Counted from the first letter of the stretch, positions 13,180 through 25,567 are shown. The stretch is DNA of 64,000 nucleotides from Eledone cirrhosa (GCA_964016885.1 OZ024741.1:76012001-76076000), one strand, 5' to 3'. Numbers and translations are program-made. The notes: a model not told the origin generated them from the letters alone.

Positions 13180-14640
13180 GTCACCACCCTCCCCTCCCAC
13201 ATCTCCGACACCAACCACGCCCTGCGCCTTTTCGACTCCTTCACCTACCCACCCGGCCCACAGCCCTTCCTCTTCACCCTAGACATCAAGTCCCTCTATA
13301 CCGTCATCCCCCACGCCGACGGCCTACGCGCCCTCAAACACTACCTCGACCTTCGCCCCTCCCCCATCCCCTCCACCCCCACCCTCCTTCGCCTCGCCGA
13401 GCTGGTCCTCACCCTCAACTGTTTCTCCTTCTCGGGTGAGTTTTACCAACAGGTCACGGGGGTAGCCATGGGTACAAGAATGGGCCCAAACTATGCCAAC
13501 CTTTTTGTTGGCCATGTTGAGGTCCAAATCTTTGCCCAGTACACCGGCCCCACGCCCTAACTGTACGGTCGTTACATAGACGACTGTATCGGAGCCACGA
13601 CCCTCACCCGAGAACAGCTCGACTCCTTTCTCTCCTTCTTCTGCTCCTTCCACCCCTCCCTCCACTTCACCACCTCTATCTCCACCACCCACGTCCACTT
13701 CTTAGACATCTCCGTCGCCTTCGACCCCTCCCACCACTCCCTCGTCACCTCCGCCTTCTTCAAACCCACCGACTCCCACTCCTACCTCGACTTCATCTCT
13801 TCTCACTCCACACACACTAAACACTCTATTCCCTACTCCCAACTCCTCAGGATCCGCCGCCTCTGTAGCCGAGATGCTGACTTTGAGTCCCAGGCCCTTT
13901 CCCTAGTCAGCCATTTCATCCGCAGAGGTTACCCCCCCTCTCTCGTCCACACCGCTCTCACCCGCGCCCGTGCTGTCCACCGCTCCACCACCCTCACCCC
14001 ACGCCACCGCACACCCACCGTCTCCCCTTCCCCATCACCTACCACCCCTCCATCCTACCCCTCCACCGCACCATCCTCCGCCTCTTCCTCCGCCTCCAGT
14101 CCGACCCCTCCACCTCCGACATCTTCCTAGCCCCACCACTCCCCTCCTTCAAACGCGCACGCAATCTCCGCACCCTCCTCGTCCACAGCTCCCTACCCCC
14201 CAACTCCCGCTCCCCCCCGGTTCCTTTCCCTGTTCTAGGCCCCGCTGCAACACCTGTCCCCACATCACCAACACCACGACCTTCCAGGGTCCCAACGGCC
14301 ACTCTCTTTCTGTCCGGCATGCCTTCCGCTGCACCTCCTCCAACCTAGTCTACTGACTTCGCTGCACGGAGTGCAACGCGACTTACGTCGGACAGACTGG
14401 ACGTCGCCTGGCGGACAGATTTACTGAGCATCTCCGGGATATTCGTCTCGGTGGTAGTTCCCCCATCGCCCGCCACTTTGGTGCCCCTGGACATTCCGCA
14501 CACCACCTCACAGTCTGTGGCCTACTCCAATGCCACGGAACACCCGCCAATCTCCTAAGAGTCGAACAACGGACCATCTTCACCCTACAGACCCACACTC
14601 CCCCCGGCCTGAACTCCCCACCCTTATTCCTTTAGCCTTC
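13180..14640 (+). pseudogene. PLE RT + CX4CX2C linker + GIY-YIG endonuclease (2 stops, 2 frameshifts)
   Basis: TLDIKSLYT, GVAMGTRMGPNYANLF, RYIDD (13570-13584), CSRPRCNTC, NLVY*LRCTECNATYVGQTGRRLADRFTEH and PPGLN. TAA at 13558, TGA at 14354, frameshifts near 14015 and 14215. Confidence 0.88.
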
Positions 14641-16109
14641 GATCGCCCCTCCTCCCCCCACACATATCCCCCACTAACACCACTAACACACCCCTCCTTT
14701 TCACCGCCCACCCCACAACTAACAATACTAACACCTCCACCCCACATCCGACCACCCTTCCCCAACTAACATACTAACATCCCTCCCTTCTTCTCCCCCC
14801 CATCCTTATCACACGCACACACACACCGGTACATATATACACGCGATCACACTAAACACACACCCTACTACCACCACTAACCCTCACCCCCACACATCCA
14901 CCCCACCACCCCGCAACTAACATCACTAACACCCCCTGACCCCAAGCACACGAACACACACACCCACTTACACCACCCACTCTACACGCAACTAACATCA
15001 CTAACACCCCCAACCCTACGCACACGTACACACACACCCTCTTACACCACCCACTCTACACACCCTACCCACTGACCCCCACTCATAACTGCATTCAACC
15101 CTTTCTCCACCTCCAGTATACTAACACCCACTAACACACCCCCTTCACCACACACACACACCAGTACACTACACTCCCTCCATCGCCCCCCCCCCCCCCA
15201 CACCCTTCTCTCCCCGCTCCACCCACACCCTTTCTCAAACACCCACACATCCCACTAACACATCTACTAATACACCCCCCCCCTCCTCACTCCAACTTTC
15301 ACACCTACCCATCGTCTCCCCTGTCCACCGCGCCTCCGCACACACTGACACACCTTCACTTACCAATCTACCCTACTGCTGCTATGCCTCTGACCACCTC
15401 CCCGCACACACAGACACACAACCCTCCTCCTGCCTTGACCCTCTGACCACTTCCTGTTGCGCGCGCACCCCACATCTCCCCTCTTCCGACCAATCTCTTC
15501 ACGGATTACACATATGTGAACCTTCATCCCGAGAATCTACCGCATCCCAGGATTTTACTCAGCATTCCACCACATCTTTTTACGGAATTACCTTTACGAT
15601 CACCCCAGACACACACCCAAAAAAATTTTTTTTCCCACACGCCACCTACATCCACAACACGCATAAACACCACACACACACACGTGCGTACCACCACATA
15701 TTTACACATTCAGCCTCCGGAATCCTCTCTCCCCACCCCTCTATCCACACACGCACACACACTCCGACCTACACTCCACCCCACACACACCTCTTCCTGA
15801 ACATGCAACCCCGTTCTTCCCCCAACCCTTGCTTTCACACACACACACATACACACACGTACACCTACACACACACACCACCTTCAGCCCTCCCCGCTCG
15901 GACACCCCGTCTCCCTCTCCCCACTCCACCCGCCACCACCCTTACACGCCCTACACCCTTCCACCACCTGTTTTACCCCATTTTAATTTTATTTTGATCA
16001 TGCCTTTATTTTTAATTTCATTAGCACCGTTTCCTCTCATCCCCTTTTTGCTATATGTCTCTCCACCACTCCCCTACACACCCTTTGAACTCTCTTTCCA
16101 CACACTTTT

Positions 16110-16143
16110 CACCTGAAGAAAGGCTAATGCCCGAAACGTCGTT
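16110..16143 (+). ncRNA. Minimal hammerhead ribozyme of the PLE
   Basis: CTGAAGA-AA-GGC-TAAT-GCC-C-GAAAC-GTC, with palindromic ACGT stem III and a weak stem I. Confidence 0.75.
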
Positions 16144-16225
16144 CCCCACCACCACCCACTCTCAGAGCGTGAAATTAATAAACCTTTGTTCGTGCTGCCT
16201 CTCTGTTTTGTTCCTGTTCAATTTT

Positions 16226-16261
<36 letters not shown>

Positions 16262-16264
<3 letters not shown>

Positions 16265-17039
16265 TAACTCATGTCTATAGAATCAATCAGATATTAAAAT
16301 ATATACTATTTCTTCTTCTAATCAGCATAATTAACCATATACATAATCAAATCTAGCAAGCTTTAAGAGTAAATTTTCTAACGGGGAAATCTCCGACAAA
16401 TAACTGATCGCAGCCAGTTCACGGTAACTCCGTTCCACTATTTATCAAACACTTCGGCAGCATGCAGAATCCGATCAAATATATCGTCAACCGCACGTAA
16501 TTAGTAGTAAAATTAAACTTAGAAGAAATGCGCACATACCGTAATTATATCTCTACCATGGTTTCTTCCTAGTTTAGGACATCTAAATAATATGGATATG
16601 CTTTGAGTCAGGAATCATCAGGAGACAAACTCAGAAATAGACATTTAATTTCTCAGACAGACCGCGCCAAATTTAGATTCAAAAATGGCTAAGATCGCTA
16701 TGTAGCTGTGTACCAGCCAGAGAGAAAGCGTGTGATTGGTCGCTTACGGCGGGTAGGCATGCTGCTAGAAAGCGCAGCCATATATCGCCAAATTTAATCT
16801 CAACCGAAAGGGAGATTATTAAATATAGAGGTTATCACATACATAAAATTAAATTAAATTAAATCAAGGATACATATATGTGTTGCAACTGTTCACTTTT
16901 AAGCTCAATGAAGAATTAATAAATTAAAATCAAAAAATCAGAGCATTATATCATAACTCATGTCTATAGAATCAATCATATATACTATTTCTTCTTCTAA
17001 TCAGCATAATTAACCATATACATAATCAAATCTAGCAAG

Positions 17040-17042
<3 letters not shown>
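16262..17042 (-). mobile_element. Non-coding HHR-bearing repeat (~690-bp unit plus ~95-bp terminal direct repeat) inserted in (TA)n
   Basis: 16262-16362 is repeated at ~16950-17042. (TA)n on both sides. Intact HHR inside. Confidence 0.75.
16549..16626 (-). ncRNA. Type I hammerhead ribozyme with enlarged loop 2
   Basis: Minus strand reads GTCTC-CTGATGA-TTCCT...AGGAA-GAAAC-CATG-GTA|GAGAT. All three stems pair. Confidence 0.85.
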
Positions 17043-17111
<69 letters not shown>

Positions 17112-17114
<3 letters not shown>

Positions 17115-17381
17115 TATTTACGTATCGAGCGAGAGAAAACGTACGTAGGTGCTGTTTTAAATAAACATGTTTTAACGGTCTGTTCTCTGATTTCTTACTT
17201 TTCCACGTATATAATTATATATATATATATATATATATATTCGTGTACAGATATTTTTTCATACACAATAACAAAATATAAACAAATGTATTTATTTCAC
17301 GAGGCTCAATAAGGATAAATATATATCAAATATTTAAGAACCCTAGAGCAAATCCCGAGCAACAGCGGGCCATTCTGCTAG
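17112..17381 (+). mobile_element. Helitron-like 3' end
   Basis: Hairpin CCCG-AGCAACAG-CGGG (17354-17369) followed by CTAG|T (17378-17381). Confidence 0.6.
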
Positions 17382-17643
17382 TATATAATAAATGATACAA
17401 TATATATTATGTATAAATAGATATTTCTTATTTTACTATATTTATATATATGTATCATTTGTTATTTAATATACTATTATATCACCTCTACCGCCCCCAC
17501 AGGTTTCAACCCCTCAACCTCCAGACCTTTTCAATGCCCCTTGGGGGCGGTAGCACCCGCTTTGAGGACCTCTAAGTTTGAGACATACCACCCCCAACTA
17601 CAACCACCACCACTTCAACTACCATATATATAGACAGAGTGAG

Positions 17644-17726
<83 letters not shown>

Positions 17727-17772
17727 GAGATTGCATGTGTGAGTGTGTGAAGAGAGAGCTACAGATAGATAG

Positions 17773-18050
17773 TCTTTTACCTTAAATTTATTTAAATATC
17801 CTTAATTTTCGAGATAATATCTCTTCTTTGGAGGAAAGTAAAGTGGTTAACCCAGCGTTCTAAATAGCTTGCCAAGTCATGCTGGATTAAGCACTTTAAT
17901 TCCCTCCGAAGAAGAGATATTATCTCGAAAATTAAGGATATTTAAATAAATTTAAGGTAAAAGACTAATTGTCAACAATATCTTTTGCATTTGCATTTAT
18001 ATTTTATATCCATACCTGCATTGTTTTGGTCTTACAACTACAAACGTTTA
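17773..18050. mobile_element. Inverted pair of the PLE-type repeat seen at 204-405
   Basis: 17773-17884 is the reverse complement and 17890-18050 the direct copy. The direct copy has CCGAAGA...GAAA; the inverted copy has a CCAAAGA variant. Confidence 0.65.
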
Positions 18051-18217
18051 TATATATACATATATATATGAGAGAGGGAGAGAGAAAGAGACAGGAGTGG
18101 TCATGACTGATGATGGAGTGTGGCAGATAACTAAAGAGACAGAGGGATATATATATATATAAAAATAAAATTAGAATTTTATTTCTTGGTCAATCACAGC
18201 TGATCATAAATGTAAGT

Positions 18218-18336
<119 letters not shown>

Positions 18337-18544
18337 CATATACATATGTATGTATGGGTTATATCGAACATTAATAACAATATTCGATTCCTGTATAAAC
18401 AAATGGCCCAATAAAGCTGTGCTGTGCTGATGACCAATCGTCATCCATTTGTTCAACACTGGCATTGAGGAACAATCAGCATGTTTCTGGGTCATTATCC
18501 TTCATCAGGACTGTTTACCCCTCTGCCAATGTTGAACAAACGGA

Positions 18545-19070
18545 TGACGATGGGTGGGGGTTCTGAAAGTATAGTAGCCAGAGTAAGAACAGAATGGAAG
18601 AAGTTCAGGGAGCTACTACCACTGTTAGCTGCAAAAAGCTTTTCACTCAAAATGAAAAGCAGACTGTATGATGTGTGCATACGAACAGCAATGTTGCATG
18701 GTAATGAAACCTGGGCGTTGTGTGCAGAAAACTTGTGTAGATTGGAAAGAAATGAAACTTGAATGCTCCGATGGGTGTGTAATATGTGAATGGCAAAGCA
18801 TAAACAAATTGAGGGAAAGACTAGGCATAAGAGGAATAAAATGCTATGGGCAGGAGAGGAGATTACGTTGGTATGGATATGCGATGTGTATGAAGGATGA
18901 CAGCTGCATAAAAAGGAGCAGAGCCACTAAAGTCGATGGAAGCCTTGGAGTGGGAAGACCCAAGAAGACCTGGGATAAGGTGATAAATGCTGACCTTGCC
19001 CAATTGCACCTCTCAAAGGTGATGACACAGGACTGAAACTTCTGGCATTATCCAGTAATACAGAAGACCC
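18545..19070 (+). mobile_element. RTE LINE C-terminal fragment
   Basis: GGGSESIVARVRTEWKKFRELLPLL...LHGNETW...LRWYG...GRPKKTW. Confidence 0.8.
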
Positions 19071-19292
19071 AACTTCCCAAGGGTACAGTCTGAAGCTGAA
19101 GCATTTAAACAGTACGCCCCTCCCCCCTCCCACTGTAAAATGGCCATGTAGGTGTCATGACAAGAAGTACCCAGTCCACACTTTAAAGTGGTTGTGTAGG
19201 CGTCACAACAAGAAGCACCCAGTATCCACTGTAAATGAGGCTGGAATTAGGGAGAGCATCCAGCTGTAGAAACCAAACCAAAATCAGTTCTG

Positions 19293-20600
19293 TTTGAGCA
19301 GTATTATTGTAAATTGCTACAAGGGAAAAGGAAATGCTCTAGAGAGAAGTAGTCACAGAAACATAAAGCTAATGGACCAAGTCAGGAAAGTTGCTGAAAG
19401 GTTTATTCCAGGTAGGGGTACCACTGATGCCCTCTTTCTGGCGAGACAACTACAGGAGAGGTATTTAGCTATGAGTAAGCCACTGTATCTAGCATTTGTG
19501 GATCTAGAGAAAGCCTTTGTCAGGGTCCCATGCTCTATATAATCTGGTGGGCATTCAGGAAGCTAGGTGTAGATGAATGGCTTGTGAGGGCTTTGCAACC
19601 ATGTATAAATAGTGATGAATTTGGAGTGCATGTTGGAGTCCACCAGGGATCAGTCCTCACCCCAGTTCTGTTTACCATCATCCTTCAGGCCATCACTGAT
19701 GAGTTTAAAACTGGTACTCCATAGGAGCTCCTATATGCTGATGGCCTCATAGCTGAATCTGTAGGATAGTTAGAGGCAAAATCTCAAGCATTGAAGAAGC
19801 ACCTAGAGTTGAAAGGCCTAAAAGTAAAGGGAAATGTCCTTGTTTGATATGCCAGAAAGGGGTGGGTAGAAATTCCAGAAGGTGCACTCATTGTAAACTA
19901 TGAACGTACAAGAAATATAGTAGGGTTGCAGGTAGGCTAACGGAAATGGTAGACTTTACATGCAGCAGATGCACCAGGGAATGGAACACAAAGGGCACAC
20001 GTGAAATAGATTCCTTCAGCTGCCAGGGTAGTGCCATAGAAGTTGTTGACAGATTTCACTACCTAGGTGATCAAATTAGCAGTGGGGGAGGATGTGCTGA
20101 AGGTGTGATAGCTAAGATAAGAACAATCTTGAAGACGTTTAGAGATCTATTACCGCTGCTAACAACAAAATGCTTTCTCTCAGAGTGAAGGGTAGACTAT
20201 ATAATGCCTGTGTGTGAACTACATGGCAGTGAAACATGGGCCTTGACTGCAGAATACCTGCAGATACAAGAAAGAAATGAGTCAAGTATACTCCAATGGA
20301 TGTATAATGATAAAGTTCTTGAGTGACATAGCATAAGCAAACTGAGATAAAATACTTAGCATAAGAGGAATCGGATGTAGTGTGCAAGAGAAAAGACTGC
20401 ATTGGTATGGACTGCATTGCATGGAAGATACCAGCTACATAAAAGATGTAGAGAAACCCCAGTTGCTGGGACCCGTGTAAGAGGTGGACCCAGGAAGACA
20501 TGGAATAAGGTTGTGAAGTCTGACCTTAAGACACTAAACCTCATGACAGAAATGACTACATATCATGAGGGCTGACGCTAAAAAGACCCAATCTGCAACA
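19293..20600 (+). mobile_element. Degenerate RTE LINE RT-to-C-terminus fragment
   Basis: YKGKG, GRGTTDA, AFVDLEKAF, GVHQGSVL, LYADG and FHYLGD motifs in shifting frames. Confidence 0.8.
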
Positions 20601-21344
20601 CACAAGTTGGCCTGAAACCCCACATGCCACCACAGCTCACCAACAGCTATCCTTGACACCACTACAACCCTCACTGCACACACACCCCAAGCCTCTCTCC
20701 ACACATGCTCTTATCTGCTGTTCCTTTGTGAATTGGTTAGTGATGAAAAGGGCATCCAGCAGTGGAGGACCTGCTAAATAAAGGGTTGGGAGGACCCTTA
20801 AGTCGCGCAAATGCATGACAGCCTCTAGTGTTTGGTGATCTACACAATAAATGCACCCAGTACTTGCTGTAAAGTGGTTGGTGATAGGAAGGGCATCCAG
20901 CCATAGAAAACTTTCCAAACAAAGGGTTGGGAGGACCCTTTAATTTTGTCAAGGGCATGACAACTTCGCTAGTGTTGGTGATCTACACAATAAATGCACT
21001 TAGTACACGCTGTAAAGTGGTTGGTGATAGGGCATCCAGCCATAGAAAGTTTGCCAAACAAAGCGTTTAGTGGACCCTCAATTGTGTCAAAGACATGACA
21101 ACCTCCCCGTCCACTAGGGAGAACATGAAACCATATAAAAGTAAGATGCAGACTCCTGGCTTGTCTGGGAGATCAGTAGCCACAGCTTCAGTACTGACTT
21201 GGTCTATGTAGACCAGCCCAACCTTTGCTAGCAGGGAAAGCAGACGTTATAATGATGATGATGATGAATGATGATATGTGAAAGTAGAGATCTACCATGA
21301 GTTTGGCAGTTTCACCTAGTTATATCTTCAGAGAAGAGGTAACT

Positions 21345-22430
21345 AGATGAGGTAACTACTGACAGCTGTCAGTAAAGTGAGAGTAGGAAAAGAGTTTAGT
21401 GAGGAAATCAAGGTACAGGTAGGACTTCATTCCTCAGCCCACTTCTGTTCATTATAGTTCTCCAGGCAATAACAAAGAAGTTTATAACTGGCTGTCCATG
21501 AGAATTGCTTTGTGCAGATGATCTGGTTCTTATAGCTGAAACCATAAAAGAACAAGAGAATAGGTTCCAACTGTGGAAACAGAATTTACAATCAAAAAGG
21601 CTGAGAGTAAACTTAGCAAAAACTAAAGTGTTAGTTATAGGAAAGAACATAGGACCCCGATTCCTTCAAGGAAGTGGCCCCGCTTAATATGTAGAAAAGA
21701 AGTAGGCATAAATTCTATTAAATGTACATAATTTAAATCTTGAGTACACAAGAAGTGTAGTGTGATAGCAAGCAGACTACCTGGAAAGGAAGACTTTGTC
21801 TGTAATAGATGCACAAGGGTTATCAATGGGAAGAGCATCAGTGATATAAACTTTTTCCAATCACATAAAGGATCAATAGAAGTGGTTGATAGCTTCTGCT
21901 ACCTAAGTGATCTAATTAGCAATGGATAAGAGTGCTCCTAGTACATTGTAGCTAAAACGAGGATAGAATGGAAGAAGTTTAGAGAGCTACTCCCTCTATT
22001 GAAAACAAAAGGTATTCCCCTACAAACGAAAGGACAACTGTATGGCACATATGTGCATAGTGCAATGTTTATGGTAGTGAAACATTGGCAGTGACTTCAG
22101 GGGATATGCATACACTGGTGAAAAATGAAATAGCCATGCTTTGATGGATGTATAGAGCTTGGATGAGCTGAGAGAAAGACTGGGTTTAAGAAAAATCCAA
22201 AGTAGTTTGCAAAAGAGAAGACTGCATTTATATGGACATGTGTTGCACATGGATGATGATTACTGGATGAAGAAGTGTCAGGAAACCCCAGTAGACGGCG
22301 AAGGTGGTGAGAGCTGATCTCAGATCGTTGAAATTCACAGAGGAGATGATGAAGGAACACAATGAGTGAGCTGAAAACGACTCATCCAACCCATGCCAGC
22401 ATTGAAAAGCAGATGTGAAAACGAATGATG
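21345..22430 (+). mobile_element. Degenerate RTE LINE fragment with (GAT)n tail
   Basis: LCADDLVLIAE, VNLAKTKVL, a Cys/His-rich insert and WKKFRELLPLL. Confidence 0.8.
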
Positions 22431-22764
22431 ATGAGAATGATAATATGACCACTTTAAACTTTCACCAATACTGGTTTCTCCAAACAGACTGTTTCCAGGA
22501 AGCTAGTATTGGTGAAACTTCAAATTATATAAACGGAAAAATGAACCGAAATTTCATTTCTCACTCTTAGTACGGCTGTTACTTAAATATAAGTATGTAT
22601 ACGTACATACATATATGTATACAGACGTACAGTAGTATGCATATATATATAATTAGTAAATTTGTATTCCAATGTTACTAAGTAGTTGCATTGGATGGAG
22701 TCAACCGACGTCAGAGATTGCTCAACGTATAATAAAGTGTGTTTTAAAATCCGGAGAAAATATG

Positions 22765-23685
22765 GAGAAGAAGTTTATGAAATGGAAATGCGGGTATACA
22801 GAATTTATTAGGTAACAATTTGCCAACAATTTAGGTAATAATTTGCCAATCAAGGGAGAATGCGCTCCGTAACAACCCTCGCCGATAAAGCCTGGCAGCT
22901 CCGGAGGAACAATCAAGCATTCTCCCTTGATTGGCAAATTATTGCAGCTGCGCCTGCATATCAGCAAAATCATCGATTCTGCAAGTTATGCAATTTAGAG
23001 ATATACTGCATTTTAACGTCGGTAAACAAACTTTTGAACAGCAAAATTGAACGTTCTCTATACTGTAACCATCGTTTGAAAACGACTTTTTCTTTTTTTA
23101 AATGCATATAATGTTACCTTTTTACACCACCGTTTGCAAATTTATGTTTTATATGTTTATACACAAGATATAGCTTTCTATAATAATAGTACTAAACACT
23201 GTTTTCTGGACCCCTTTAGAAATAACCTGCTACTATAATAGCCCCAATAACTTGTCTGTGACACTGTACCACTTTGACCCCTTTAACTAAATTTTGTCCG
23301 AACAACACCACTAGAAGAATTTACTTCCCCCGCCAACCCTAACACGCCTCATTAAGCTAACTGCTGCCAAAACATTCTCTCCTTACAATCTCTACTAGTC
23401 TGACAGTCTTAAATCCTAAGACTCTCTCCACCTTACTCACTTCCCTCTTCCCCTTCTCTTCCTACCTCCTTCTTTATCTTTTATCTAGTGTATAAAATAT
23501 TTTCATATCATTCCAATACAAAGGTCTGACGACATGGTGTGTTTGCTTACAGTGTACCTTCGGTTTATGATAATATTTTTATATTATTCAAATAGCGAGG
23601 TATAGGTAACCCATACACTATAGAAACGATTGTTACCTAATAAATTCTGTATACCCGCATTTCCATTTCATAAACTTCTTCTTCA
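22765..23685 (+). mobile_element. PLE 3' fragment (GIY-YIG C-terminus, Hydra-clade-like) with 5' inverted terminal piece
   Basis: TTLADKAWQL...W.II.....Y......CKLCNLE...LLN...E....CNH (ORF 22860-23111). 22767-22820 is the reverse complement of 23629-23683. Ends at (TA)n. Confidence 0.75.
23522..23638 (+). ncRNA. Type I hammerhead ribozyme with large stem-II extension
   Basis: AGGT-CTGACGA-C-ATGGTGTGT...ATACACTAT-A-GAAAC-GATT-GTT|ACCT. Confidence 0.78.
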
Positions 23686-24775
23686 TATATATATATATAC
23701 ATACATGCACAAATATATATATATAAGTATGTATGGATTCACCGAACATTTATTATAATGCTCGGTGTGTTTGTAAATAAACATCCCGAATTAAGCCGTA
23801 CAGTGTCTAGCAACCATCGTTGCTCATTTGTTCAACATTGACAAAGGAACGCTGTACTAGTTTCAAGCTTATTAGCTATCGTCAGCAACGTATACCTTCC
23901 TGCCAGATGGTCGAACGTCTGAAAGTATATACTTTCCTTATGCATATTAACGGCTGAGCAGCCTAATTTGCATATCGAGTGAGTTAATCGGCCGGGGTAC
24001 CGAAAACGATAAACGGAAAAAATGAAACGAAATTTCATTTCTCACTCTTAGTACGGCTGTTACTTAAATATAAGTATGTATACGTACATACATATATGTA
24101 TACAGACGTACAGTAGTATCATATATATATATATATATATATATACATACATGCACACATATATATATATATATGTATGTATGGATTCACCGAACATTTA
24201 TTATAATGCTCGGTGTGTTTGTAAACAAACATCCCGAATTAAGCCGTACAGTGTCTAGCAACCATCGTTGCTCATCTGTTCAACACTGACAAAGGAACGC
24301 TGTACTAGTTTCAAGCTTATTAGCTATCGTCGTACTAAGAGTGAGAAATGAAATTTCGTTTCATTTTTTCCGTTTATCGTTTTCAGTACCCCGGCCGATT
24401 AACTCACACGATATGCAAATTAGGCTGCTCAGCCGTTAATATGCATAAGGAAAGTATATACTTTCAGACGTTCAACCATCTGGAAGGAAGGTATACGTTG
24501 CTGACGATAGGTAATAAGCTTGAAACTACTATAGCGTTCCTTTGTCAGTGTTGAACAAATGAGCAACGATGGTTGCTAGACACTGTACGGCTTAATTCGA
24601 GATGTTTGTTTACAAACACACCGAGCATTATAATAAATGTTCGGTGAATCCATACGTACATATATATATATGTGTGTGCATGTATATATACATACACACA
24701 TATATATATATATATATATGCATACTACTGTACGTCTGTATACATATATGTATGTACGTATACATACTTATATTC
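23684..24775. mobile_element. Retrozyme-like ~449-bp unit: ~1.45 tandem copies on - plus an inverted copy on +
   Basis: HHR at 23850-23890 (-), truncated HHR at 24299-24330 (-), mutated HHR at 24496-24536 (+). Further pieces at 22530-22650 and 29492-29860. Confidence 0.8.
23850..23890 (-). ncRNA. Minimal type I hammerhead ribozyme
   Basis: CGTTG-CTGACGA-T-AGCT-AATA-AGCT-T-GAAAC-TA-GTA|CAGCG, with palindromic ACTAGT stem III. Confidence 0.85.
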
Positions 24776-24901
24776 AAATTATATACTTATTACAAATAAC
24801 AAATATCATTTGACTCTACAAACGGTATTGAATCTTTTATTCAGTAGATGTTTAGTGTTCACAAACTTATAAACATCTTCCTTCCCTATTTCCTTTCATT
24901 T

Positions 24902-24936
<35 letters not shown>

Positions 24937-25049
24937 ACCGTCGTCATCATCTTTCTTCTTTCTTTATTATAAAAACAATAACAGCAACAGTGTGTGTTAC
25001 TATGCATAAACGTCATTACCAAAAGAACATGATCTTATTTTTCACACAG

Positions 25050-25240
25050 AAATAGTTCACAGTCATTCATACATACATACATTACATTACATACATACAT
25101 TACATACATACATTACATTACATACATACATTACATTACATACATTACATTACACACATACATTACATAGATATATACATTACATACATATATACATTAC
25201 ATACATACATACATTTCATTACATTACATACCTACATACA
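25050..25240. repeat. Compound (TACA)/(TACAT) microsatellite, one of many (TA)n, (CA)n, (GA)n, (GAA)n, (TAG)n and (AAT)n tracts
   Basis: Directly visible. Confidence 0.9.
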
Positions 25241-25567
25241 AAACAATAAAATACAATACAATAGGTGTGAATAAAGTTAATCAACAATACTTTCCTATTC
25301 TTGTTTTATAAAGAGACACCACCAGAGCTGGAGGAAGAAATAATGTAGGAAAAAATGTAAAAACAATATTGGATTGAAATGATATTTGTTATTTTATTTT
25401 ACTTATTTATTTATTTATTTTTTGTGGGAAATTTTTCTACATGATCAGATTCAACTGGCGTCAGCGATATGTGTTGGACAAGTGAGAAAGAGAAAGGTTG
25501 AAAGGTTAAGTGAAGAAACACCTGGTTGAGAACTGCCCTATCTAGCAGCAACAGCAGCAGCAGCAGA

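Larger units (their letters stand above)
13180..16230 (+). mobile_element. 5'-truncated Penelope-like element (Neptune-type architecture) ending at (TA)n
   Basis: RT, zinc-finger linker and GIY-YIG coding remnant, long C-rich 3' region, HHR at 16110-16143. Confidence 0.88.
12845..17574. mobile_element. hAT/Charlie-like MITE split by nested insertions
   Basis: TIR-like ends CAGAGGTTCTCAAA (12845) and TTTGAGGACCTCTA (17561-17574), with subterminal GCCCCC/GGGGGC. No 8-bp TSD recognisable. Confidence 0.5.

Noticed and set aside
23832-24554. Repeated 68-aa ORF MKFRFIFSVYRF... as a small gene family
   Set aside because: It lies within the HHR-bearing repeat unit and overlaps the ribozyme, with no recognisable domain. 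Recurrence only reflects repeat copies.
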